The position numbers were made by a program, and so were the translations under genes. A model generated the notes under the pieces. That model saw only the letters and a program-made list of their open reading frames with translations. It did not search any database and was not told where the DNA came from. A stretch of DNA of 56,314 nucleotides, the filler included, from Sphacelaria rigidula (lineage: Eukaryota): the NCBI GenBank assembly GCA_964200075.2. It is 6 parts of 6 records of this genome, joined end to end, with 100 filler letters (N's around TTAATTAATTAA, not from the genome) between each part and the next. Parts side by side here need not be neighbours in the genome. Positions count along the whole stretch, not along the records: positions 9,404 to 18,706 come from CAXNAA020008802.1; positions 18,807 to 28,109 come from CAXNAA020008803.1; 4 more parts are not named here. One strand, written 5' to 3'. The number at the start of each line of letters is the position of its first letter. Positions within the stretch are counted from its first letter, which is position 1. This document shows positions 11,491 through 22,187 of this stretch, piece by piece.

Positions 11491-14433
11491 CCCCTGAGTC
11501 GAATCGATGCTACCAATTTCACCTTTATTCTCACGTGAGCGTTTTGTTGTGGGATTATTTCTTTATCCCGTCGAGATACGGCCTGTGCACCAAGGACACC
11601 AATTAAACATTAAACTGTACGTCGACAACATAACGTTGGAGCCTGACTCGTACACAACTGCTTGTTAACCTCGTGCGTGTCGACTTCTTGCCTGTCCATT
11701 TGAAGCTGCCAAGATCCTCTGTTGCCACTGGTGCCGCGTCTGCCTGTCGTCAGGTACCATGCTGCATGATCTGCATGTCTGTGTTCAATTTGAGCACGAG
11801 TTCTTTTCTGTCCACACGCCAGTCTGGTCGTCCAGACGCACAGTCGCAGTGTCGCTACGTGCCTGTGTTTCTCTACGGAAGGAACATAAGCATGTGACGG
11901 TTTCGAGCAGCACACGTCGAATCGCGTACTGGAAAAATATGGGAAATCGGGCACCGCGAGTATTGTGATAAAACGGCGGATCTTGTGTATAAAAATGAAA
12001 GATGAAACGGCTAATCTTGTGTGCAGAAAAAATGAATGAGGAATCATGCATCGACAGGAATAGAAGTGCCGTGCGAGACCCGATACACAGCTAGTGAGAT
12101 CGACTGCTATTCGCGTAGGATGCGACCAGAAACTCACCACTAGACGCCACAAACAGAGAAGGAAATGCGGCAGTCTGCCTGGAAGACACTACCGACCGTC
12201 TGTGGCGTCCACAGCCGCATGAAGCTCCAGCGTCATTTGAGGCCTTGGCAAGACTGCGGTCACACTCCAGGACGAATGGATTGTTCAACGTTGTCCCTTC
12301 CGTACCACCCTCCTTCCATTTTTTCTCCTGTTTTGCGCCGTCAAAACGCACCCGCACACCCTTGACTCCACGACGCTTGTACCGACAATCCGACATGGGG
12401 CAACACACAAACAGGAGAGTGGCCCTCCAGCCATGCTAGTGTTGGTGTCGTTGACGTCCGTGTCTCTAGATCTGGTGAAGTCCGACCCGTGGGAGGCGAC
12501 CGTGCAAGCGGCTGTGGGTGGTCTGGGCGTAAACATCAGTCATACGGGAGGAAAGGTGCGGATTCCTTCTCTGGGTGAGTTGAAGAATTATTCTATGCCG
12601 CTTGGGTATCTTTGCTCGCCCTGTAGTCTTGAGGGCGGAGGTCGTTTCTTGAATCGCGGTTGAAGCTTACGTCTCGTTCGTATTTTCGTTCATTGAAGAA
12701 AGTGTGTTGAACTTCTTTGGTGAATCCCCATTCGTTGAAAGGATGCAACATTGTTACTACCTTGAAGCGCAGCAGCTACTCCTCAACGGAGAGCAGAAAA
12801 TGGGGGAGGATCTGTCACGGGACCGTAAGAAGAAGGGTAGAGATTGTCACCATTCTTCATTTTGTGTCTCTTCCTCTCTTTGTGCGCATTGACTGATCTC
12901 CTCGCGCTTGTAGGGGTTTCAAAATTCCCACTGAGGGATTGAATCCGATCAAGTGGGGATGGTTACACGAGCAATGGTGATCATATCCACCTTCTCCCAC
13001 TTTTCACCGACGACATATGTACGGATTTGATCCTTATACTCACCGGCGAAGCTCTTGTCTTTTTGTTACCCTTTACCTGTCTGCTCTTTGCGATCGCGCT
13101 ACATGTATTCCGCCCCCTTTCGGATTTATCCCTTGCAAGGATGGTGTGATGGAGGCGTCCATAACACTCGTTGGTGTTCACCTCACCGATGTGCGTCCGG
13201 AGGCCCGCAACAACGCCTACACGTAAGCGGCGGGCAATCCTCAAAGCATCGCATGACCCCATCGCTACACCGAATTGATACAGCATCACGTTCACGTTGT
13301 CTACTGTACTGGCTACATGATTGAAGCTCTGAAACGAACCAGCAAACTATTCCGTGGAATTTGGTTGTCCCTGGCGGTATCTATCTCATTAACATCCGTC
13401 CGCAGACTTCGAACAAAGCCTTTGACATACGCGGCGAACAATTCTTCACCTTCGTATTTCCACTGCAGCGCACGGCACGGTTAGACGCTGCTGCACGAGG
13501 GCCATCATCGTCACTCACCACGGGTTTGATGCCGAAACGACTCTGGAGATGTTCGCACCCTGGACAAAAGACAACATTGCCAAAAACTATACTGCGTACA
13601 GTATCGGCTATTGCGTCTATTGCAATCGTCAATAGATCCCATACTGCACGCAGTACATTTGCTGACAATATAATCTATTGGCTAGGGTGTGGAGATGTTG
13701 CGAGCATTGTGTCCGAAGGCTAGCGGTGATGGAAGGAGGACTACAACGTTGAAACCTTTCCGAAGGAACGTCCTCCGTACCTTGTGAATCTTGCTCGTGC
13801 AGTGGCATGAGCGTCCTATGTATAGCGCTTTCGTTTTACCGAGTGTTTTGACCTTGAGGACGTTTATGCTATGACCACGACTAGATTCGTTGCAGATCAG
13901 GGCATGTGCGACAATGAATAAGTCAACCAATCAATAATATGAGGAACCTAGAAGTAGCTAAGTCTCCCAGGGAGCACTCACGACCACAATTCTGGTAGTC
14001 CTCCTGAACGCACGTCTTGATCAACGCCCCCTCGCCCGGATATGAATGATCGAGGGTCACTCAGGCGTACGCATTTGCGGTATGTATTCGTGTTCGTATG
14101 TCGTTCGTAATGCTCACTTGCAAGTACTGGAAAGCAGCCTTCGAGCTGACTTGATTAGTGTGAGAAAGCGTGAGGTCTTGAAGGGTCAACGTGTGGACAT
14201 CACTGCACTAAAAAAGGTACGTGACCTCCCTCCCCCCCCTCCCTCCGCGCCGACCCTAGCGGGATATTGGCACCGTTGCTACCATCATCGAAGGAGGCGT
14301 TGTTGGGTGCGCGGGATACCGACGACTATGATGGCCATGAACCTGACGGGATTGAGAGGACAGACGAAGGGCTGGCGCAAGGCGGGTCTAACGAGGTGAA
14401 GAAGGGAGTGGAGGCGATGGAAAGAGCAGGGGG

Positions 14434-16003
14434 GGGGGGGGGGGTACTCATTTGTTGCTTGCCTTCCTCGTTTGACCATTGACCACGCACCCCTTTCGAG
14501 ACAGAGCACCGCTCCTACTCCTAGTAGAGACACCTCCAACAGTTAGGCGCTCATCACGTTCCCCGTCCTGTTTCGCGGTCTGTGGTCACCATCTATCTCC
14601 TCTTGTAGCCATCGTTTTCTCCCTACTGTCTAGTGCGTCAAACGATTTCATGCCACCTTGGTATACTCCCCGTATTTCCCCCTCTAGCACGTTCCGTACC
14701 TCCTTGCATGGTTCACATTTTGCTTAATATATTATTTCTACTCTATTTCTTTTGCAACAGGGGCAGTTCTGTGATCTAATTTCTCCTCCTCGCGACTACT
14801 GGCATATATCTTCCTTCTTTCTGGCAGGTCCAGATCCCCCACCCGGAATCGACGTTTCGATGTTTTCGCGGAGTTGAGTGAGATATGGTTTCATTCCTAT
14901 CCCCTCTCTCGACCCCCCGAATATGCCTCGTCCACTTTCCGTCTCAAGCGCTTCTTTTCCCCTTATTTCTATCACGTTCCTTACCTTTGTCTTGTACGCC
15001 GCACTTTCATATATCATCTTGGTTTCCTCCCATCTCCTTCCTTGCTTTCTCAACTTCTCCATCCCACCTTATTCCAGCCTGCCCTTTTGTCATTTTTTCC
15101 CATACAGTCCAATCAACTATGGCTTGTAATCTCTGCCTCTCCATGTTGGTTACGCTATATTGCCATCTCATTTTTTCCATGTCTCTGTTTCAAGTGGGTA
15201 CACGTATTCCCAATCCTGCCCTCAATGCTGCGATACTCGTCATGCTTGAGCATTCAAGTATTTTCTCAGCTACTGTCATCTGTACTGTTTCCAAGCTTCG
15301 TCACAAACTTCGCGTTATCCTCCCATACTTGTGCATATTACAGTTTTGGTACCATCGCGTTCATCAAAATACATACCTTGATCTAAGTATCTAGGTGCGA
15401 GTCTCTGAGGATCACGTGCACCCTGCCTATCTGTGCCTTACCCTTTTCTACTACTTCATTCATGTGTACATCCCAAGAACAGTTTTTTCAGATCTTTACG
15501 CCAAGTATGTATACAGTTCTACGATCGGCAAGTTCTCCTTCTCCGACTTTCATTTAAACTCTACCGCATTCTTCTTATCTTCGTTACATGCAAGTACCGC
15601 GCATTCGTTCACGTTTGCCGTCACACTCGATTTACTTGTGTATTCTAGCGCCTTCTCTATTCCCTTCTGCGATCCTCTGGGTGTTTCTGATATCCCCACG
15701 AAATCATCCGCGAACATCAAACCTGATACCGTATCTTCCCCCACCTTGACTCCTTCCTTTGCTATTCCTACTGCTATGATCAGGTCATCAATAAAAACTT
15801 CGAATAAATTGGGTGATAACGTACATCCTTGTGCAACTCCTTGTGAAAAATAAAAATATTCCGATATTTCCCCGTATAGCATCATCGTACTTTTGGCAAA
15901 TTCTGTCATCTTCTTCACCATTCTTCACATCTTTGCTCCGATCCCAGTTCCCCCATATCGTTTTCTCCAGCCCAATTTCTCCATACTGTTGTCATACTGT
16001 GTC
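14434..16003 (-). mobile_element. 5'-truncated non-LTR retrotransposon (RT to 3' end) with poly(C) tail and 11-bp TSD
   Basis: RT motifs QGVAQGCTLSPNLFEVFIDDL and LMFADDFVG (ORF 15550-15921), then frameshifts and stops and a Cys-rich remnant near 14760. The 3' end reads ...AAGCAACAAATGAGTA(C)16. TSD agagcaggggg at 14423-14433 and 16004-16014. Confidence 0.93.
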
Positions 16004-17849
16004 AGAGCAGGGGGAGAGCGAAGGAGCTCTGGCTTTATGTGATCAATTTAAGGCAACGAGAAAAAAATACTGCGCCGTTCGTCGAGTTGTTCAAATATAC
16101 CTAACAATGGATTGCCATTGATCGACATAATTTAACAAATGGTTATAGGGTGAGAGACCGGAGCCCGCGATGCAGCTGAAGGCCAAGATAGACGAGGGTG
16201 CGACGGACGCGCACATAACGCTGGCGAGCTTCGCAGTCAATCTCATGGTGGAGCCCATTCAGGTATCATGCCAATGAACCGTGTTTGTTACCATGATCGC
16301 ATTCTTCACATGATATGTAACAGGTCAGATGAGGTGTCAACTCCTGTACCCGAGCGCGTTCAACGAGCTCATATTTTCCATTCGGACTACCCAAACACAC
16401 AAAGGGGCGGGATCTGATCCGAAAGTGATACACGCACTTACTTGTTGGGCTCTTGGAAATCATGCAAATGAGGTCATAATCCACCATGTATCTGTTTTTT
16501 AACGACTGTTGTACCCCCCGACCCGTAACGAATCACTCTCTCAGCTCCCCCGTCCTCTGTGCATGTGTTGTGTTTGTGTCGCAGGAATCTCTGATAGTGA
16601 TGACGGGGGTGAGCGGGGCGCTCACGCAAATGTTCGCGGGACCGGTGGGCACGTGCATTGACCAGGGCCTGGAGAATAACGACGAAGGCCTGAAGGATCT
16701 GGAAAAACTGGAATGCCTCGACCTTATCGACGAAGCAGAGCTTGTGCAAGACAGTGTTGGTGGAGTGGAGGATCCGACTAGCCCAGTAAGTGGTACCAAG
16801 GCTAACTGTTGAAAAGCAGCGCTTTGAAGTTTGATTTGTGTTGGATGATGTACGTATTCAGAGGCAATGCACTCGATGGGGAATCGGCGAATACATGTCC
16901 ACACTTTCCTGCTGCTAGCGAAATCCCTAGGATGTGTCGGAGCAATTTTGAGGCCTGTTTCACGCTCTGTCACAGTCTGAAACCTGCCGAAAACAACAAT
17001 TGCACACCACAAACAGTAGGACCAGAATCTTACTGAAAGTAGCGGATATACAAAAGTGTCCAGGTTGGAAGTGAAAACACTTGGGAATTTTCACAATGTG
17101 TGAATTCAACGAGTGTCTGACTTTGTGTAAAGACGTGTAAAGAAATCCCGTATTGTGCACTGCCGATCATTTTGATCCATTGTCAAACCAGGTGTATGCT
17201 GGTGCCCTGCTGTCCAGCTGGCCAGAAATAAAATATTCTTGACCTCTGAACACAGAGCAAGTTCCCTCCATAACTGCTTCGGGATTTTTCAGCCCGGGCC
17301 ACTTATCTCTGCGTATACTTGTATATATGATGAACCCTGGCAAGTGTTGTTAAACCTTCACTCTCCCTGTACTCTCTTTTCTGCTTCTTGGGTATGGTGT
17401 GGTCAGCAGGGTAGGCTTGATTTTGTTTTGATGTGGTCCGGAACAACTCATGTTCCAGCTTTTATGGAGCACCACTTGTAGCGAGCAAGCATGCAGATAT
17501 TTACCTGGGATTCACTCGTTCCGTCTCCCTCTCCCATCTTTATTGCTGCCCGTCACAACAAGGCGACCACGCTTGGTCCCGATATAAGGGAGGAGACTGG
17601 AACGATCTCAGCCACGGATGCAAAACCACCTGGCAATCTGGAGGCAGGAATAGTAGCCACGAGGAAGGGTGCTGATGGAGAGCTACAAGACCATGGGAAA
17701 AAGTCTTCTGTATCTGCGCGCGTTGAGTTTGACGATCTGAGGATCAACTTCATCGAGGTGCGGTGTTACGGTACATTTATCCCAATAGTGAAGACAGCCA
17801 AAACTTTGGTTTCGCAAGCTAGGGTCGCACAGGCTGCCCGAACTCATTC

Positions 17850-18052
17850 CCCCCCCCCATTCGCACTCTCCCTAATGATATGGTGAGACACTCATGAGGC
17901 AATGTGTTGCCCGTGGCCGTTTCTGGAAGTGGCGGTACCAGAAAATGAAGCAACTCATTGGAGGTTGTTCTCCATGCGAAAGACAAATAGCGTGCTTCGG
18001 ACGGAACAATTTCAGCAGGATGCCGCTCACCCTTCATGATTTGATTTGATTG
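17850..18052 (+). repeat. Interspersed repeat, second copy at 56211-56314
   Basis: atggtgagacactcatgaggcaatgtgttgcccgtggccgtttctggaagtggcggtaccagaaaatgaagcaactcat matches the end of the window. This copy ends in (gattt)n. Confidence 0.7.
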
Positions 18053-18175
18053 TCGCACTTTAACTGACCCCCCCAGGGTCCACCCGTGGTCTCATGATAA
18101 ACGTACCTAAGTAGAACGAAACTGCAACACGCTCTAAGAAGAAAAGAAAAAAAAGAACAGCAGCAGGGAAAAAAA

Positions 18176-18460
18176 AAACGCGCTTGACCTTACCAGTTCT
18201 TGTAAGTTTGTCATATTTATGGAACATGGAGTATTTTGAAACTTTCAGGTGTTGCATGGCCGTCGCCAGCTCGTGTCGTGAGATCTTTGGTTAATTTTAA
18301 TTACGAGCGAAACCCGTAAGTATTTTTTGTTTTGATTATTTAATTATAAACTTGGTAAATATCGCTATAAGCTTTTAGGTTTTGTAAAAACATGAACGTT
18401 TTATAAAGCATTTGTAAAATATTGAAAAAAAAATAGCTTGAGGAAGGTAAGGGTGAGGTT
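18176..18460 (+). pseudogene. Organellar (probably mitochondrial) SSU rRNA fragment inserted in the nucleus (NUMT)
   Basis: Contains accttaccag, caggtgttgcatggccgtcgccagctcgtgtcgtgagat...ggttaa...acgagcgaaaccc and gaggaaggtaagggtgaggt in order. These match conserved 16S-type blocks around V6-V7, with very AT-rich variable regions. Confidence 0.85.
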
Positions 18461-18515
18461 CATGCGACTCGCCAAACACATCACGGCTCTTCGCGCTTGG
18501 TGATCGATTGCGAGG

Positions 18516-18665
18516 CTGGTCCAGCGAAAACCCGGCGTCCTCCTTCCCGGCTTTGTAGGGATGCGAGATCAACGTTTATATGACTACGCCATGCAAAATC
18601 ATGAGCCCCCCCCCCCCCCCCCCCCCCCCCCCGCCACCCCCCCCCCCCCCCCCCCCCCCCCCCCC
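18516..18665 (+). mobile_element. Poly(C)-tailed LINE 3' stub, subfamily A
   Basis: Same about 90-nt core as 10217, ending tcatgag followed by a roughly 60-nt C-run. Confidence 0.8.
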
Positions 18666-18876
18666 GCGGGGCCCGCGCCGTCCTCGCCGCGCTGCTCGCT
18701 TTCGCGNNNNNNNNNNNNNNNNNNNNNNNNNNNNNNNNNNNNNNNNNNNNTTAATTAATTAANNNNNNNNNNNNNNNNNNNNNNNNNNNNNNNNNNNNNN
18801 NNNNNNTGTTTTGTTTGTGGGTTTGTTTTGAGTAGTGATGTGGAGAAAAAAGGGAGGGGTGAGGGCCAGAAGGGCG

Positions 18877-18910
<34 letters not shown>

Positions 18911-18913
<3 letters not shown>

Positions 18914-19457
18914 GAAGGGCGGGAGCTATGTGTCCAAACTTTTTCTCTCGGCAGATCCTTACCAGGACCCGGAAACATTCACACAGACGCGACACAACAT
19001 GATGGGAAAAAAGAGTTCCGCTCACCTCTCATGAGTTGCCCAATGTTCCCACTCGACACGTTGAGCCAAAGATAAATGGAGACAAACTCGAGAACAAATT
19101 ATCACCAAGTATATAATTTTTTCAGAAATTATATTTGGTGTCAATTTGTGGTCGAGTTTGTCTTCATTTCTCTTCGGCTTTACGTGTCGCGAGTGGGAAC
19201 GTTGGGCAACTCATGAGAGGTGAGCGGAACTCCTTTCCCCACTATGTTGTGTGTAAGGTTGGTGATAATTTGTTCCCGAGTTTGTCTTCATTTCTCTTCG
19301 GCTTTACGTGTCGAGTGGGAACGTTAGACAACTCGTGAGAGGTGAGCGGAACTCCTTTTTTCCATTATGTTGTGTCGCGTCTGTGTGAATTTTTCCGGGT
19401 CCTAGTAAGGATCTGTCAGGAGAACATTTTTGGACACATAGCCACCGCCCTTCCTAC
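18911..19457. mobile_element. Foldback/MITE-like palindrome with about 200-bp arms and an internal about 120-bp duplication
   Basis: 18911-19108 is the reverse complement of 19259-19457 (aggaagggcgggagctatgtgtccaaa / tttggacacatagccaccgcccttcct). 19136-19252 is an extra partial right arm. A G-run lies on the left and a C-run on the right. Confidence 0.85.
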
Positions 19458-19997
19458 CCCCCCCCCCCTCCCCCCACAATCCCGGAGGGCAATTTTTGGA
19501 AAATTATCATGACTTTTTTTTTGTAATAAATTGATAAAAAATCACTGAAAAAAATACCAAGTCTCGGGAGGCTCTACAATAGCGGTGGCAAGAACCGCAT
19601 GGTTCTATGTCCTTGTATATCTCGAGGACAACCATGTGTACGAGTGTACTACAGGAGGTATAACAAGAGAAGCGCCACATACAACAAGACACCGTATCGG
19701 GGGAGGGGTGAAATGGAAGGCAAGGGTTTCTAAGAAAAATGAAGACAAGGGCGGATATTAGGTATCCCTGCCACCTTCGCTGTGTAGAGACGGTGTGCAT
19801 ATCGAAATTTCTCCCCGCTCTCTCTGCACTCTCGGAACAGTATCCGGTATCCTACAGACTAAAACATGACCGAAAGGAAACACCGCCACCCCCCACTGGC
19901 TGTTATCGTTGCTTCAGCCGCAGCATTAACAAATCCGACAGCAGCTTTGGCGACATCGATGGAAATGAGGAAAAAGTCGATAACAACGTCAACGGTG

Positions 19998-20013
19998 ACA
20001 GCAGCAGCAACAG

Positions 20014-20046
<33 letters not shown>

Positions 20047-20079
20047 TAGCAGCAGCAACAGCAGTAGCAACAGCAGCAA

Positions 20080-20110
<31 letters not shown>

Positions 20111-20200
20111 AGCAGTAGCAACAGCAGTAGCAGCAGCAACAGCAGCAACAACAGCAACAACAGCAGCAACAGCAGTAGCAACAGCAGCAACAGCAGCAAT

Positions 20201-20231
<31 letters not shown>

Positions 20232-20328
20232 CCAGCAGCAATAGCAAGACCAGCAACAAGACCAGCAGCAGCAACAGCAGCAGCAGCAGCAAGGCCAGCA
20301 GCAGCAGCAAGGCCAGCAGCAACAAGAC

Positions 20329-20360
<32 letters not shown>

Positions 20361-20830
20361 AGGCCAGCAGCAGCAACAGTGGCACCAGCACCACCACCAG
20401 CAGCAAGGCCAGCAGCAGCAGCAGCAGCAGCAGCAACAACATCTGCAGCAGCAGTAGCGGCGGCGGCGGCGGTAACATCGTCCGCAGCAGCAACAGTGGC
20501 AGCAGCAACAGCAGCAGCAGCGGTGGCGGCGGCGGCGGTGATCGTAGCTGTAGCGGCAACCGTTCTAGCAACTGCAACAGCATCAGCAGCAAGAGCAGCA
20601 GCAAGAGCAGCCACAGAAGCGGCGGCGGCGGGAGTAGCAACAGCCGCAGCAACAGCCGCAGCAGCAGCAACAGTAGCAGCAGCAACAGCGGTGGCAGCGG
20701 CTGCGGCACCGATAGCGACAGTAGTAGCAGCAGCCGACTCCGTGTCACCCGCAGGGGCAGCAACAACAGCAACAGCCGCAGCAGGAGAAACAGCAGTAGC
20801 AGTAGCAGTAGCAGTAGCAGCAGCACCAGC
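19998..20830. repeat. Long degenerate (CAG/CAA/CGG)n trinucleotide array
   Basis: About 830 bp of agc/aac/agt/ggc triplets, open in several frames on both strands. Confidence 0.95.
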
Positions 20831-21044
20831 AGGGGGGGGGTGAGGGGGGGCGTGAAGAGGACCAGGGAAGAAGACAGTGTGAGTGTGATTGGGGCGTTTC
20901 CCTTGTCCTGATTTTAGATACTGTACACCATTGAGTGTATGCACCGTGCTTTTTCCTTCTTTTACACCATCATGTTACAGTGGTGTACGTGATACTGAAG
21001 GGGTGATGACATCGTTTTCTCTGGTCCACTATGGGCCGTTATTA

Positions 21045-21251
21045 GAGATATCTCAATCTCGGTTCCCGGTTTCCTGGTTTGTTTTGTTCCACATTTTCCC
21101 AAGTGAAAGTGATGGCGATTCATCAGATGATGACCCTTTGACCGCCAGGTCAGGCCGTCCTATGAATCCTCACCACTTTCACTTGAAAAAGTTGTACAAA
21201 ACCCAGAGTCAGCGAGTAAACCAGGAAACCGGGAGCCGAGTCTGAGATACC
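21045..21251. mobile_element. Palindromic MITE, copy 1
   Basis: gagatatctcaatctcggttcccggtttcctggttt ... aaaccaggaaaccgggagccgagtctgagatacc. Confidence 0.8.
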
Positions 21252-21378
21252 GGTCGGTGTGTTTCGCCCCTTTTCACCCATTTCCATCCATTCCATCAGA
21301 TTCCATGATGAAATCTGAATGAAATAGATGAAAAGGGACAGAAGGGATGAAAAGCATGAAAAATGGCACCTGTTCGTA

Positions 21379-21587
21379 GAGGTATCTCAAACTCGGTTCC
21401 CGGTTTCCTGATTTGTGTTGTTTTATTTTTTCAAGTGAAAGTGTTGGCGATTCATGAGAAGATGATGAAACCCTCTGACCCCCAGTCAGGTCTTCCTGAA
21501 TCGCCATCATTTCCACTTGAGAATATAGTACAAAACCCAGAGCCAGCGAATAAACCAGGAAACCGAGAACCGAGTTTGAGATACCTA
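21379..21587. mobile_element. Palindromic MITE, copy 2 (TA flanks, Tc1/mariner-like)
   Basis: aggtatctcaaactcggttc ... gaaccgagtttgagatacct, flanked by TA at 21377-21378 and 21588-21589. Confidence 0.8.
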
Positions 21588-22137
21588 TAGAAAGGGCCCT
21601 TAGGCGTATTGCTGTTAATTTCCCATCAGCATTCCTGTTCTTTGCGTGCATGATGCCCCGGCCGTTAGATTGCTTCTGTCTTGTTTACCGTGGGTACGTC
21701 TATCTGTAAACCACTAGCGGTATGGATCAATCGATTGATGGGGCACTCGAGATTTAGCGCCCTCTCTATTGTCGCTCAACATTCTCTGTTTTTTCCCCTC
21801 CTTCCCACCTGCTCCTATCCGGCTCCCGGCCCTCCTTTTCCGTCGAAACAAAGCAGGGCGGGGAAGATTTCGCCAACCTTCACGTCGCACCTATGGTCTT
21901 CACGCAAGAGGGGTACGAAGGGAACTGGGAAATTGAGGATGTATGTGATGAGGTGAGGAAACGTGTTTGGTGCCATGTTTAGATATCGTGGTGCTCGTGT
22001 CGGTGAGTGTTCTTGATCAATTCATTCCTTTGAATCTTGATGCAGGCAGGCAAGTCGGCGTGCCGCGTGATTGGCGGAGGAGAAGTGATACAGCACAATG
22101 CAGATGATTGCTGCTAGGCTGTCCCTTGTGGCGGGGG

Positions 22138-22186
<49 letters not shown>
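22138..22186. repeat. Compound (TA)n(GA)n microsatellite
   Basis: Read directly from the sequence. Confidence 0.95.

Positions 22187-22187
<1 letters not shown>

Larger units (their letters stand above)
11017..17757 (+). pseudogene. Relic multi-exon gene of unknown identity, interrupted by the LINE at 14445-16003
   Basis: Open AG/GT-bounded segments at 11017-11179, about 12431-12554, 16585-16785 (67 codons) and 17563-17757 (65 codons). Protein-like but stop-ridden stretches at about 13140-13920 and 14270-14430/16004-16262. No recognisable domain. Confidence 0.35.

Noticed and set aside
18176-18460. Functional rRNA gene
   Set aside because: Only a short internal fragment, with substitutions in conserved blocks, embedded in nuclear repeats.
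19739-20944. Four long ORFs (poly-Ser/Asn, poly-Ala, poly-Leu)
   Set aside because: They are by-products of the trinucleotide array; no domain or splice support.
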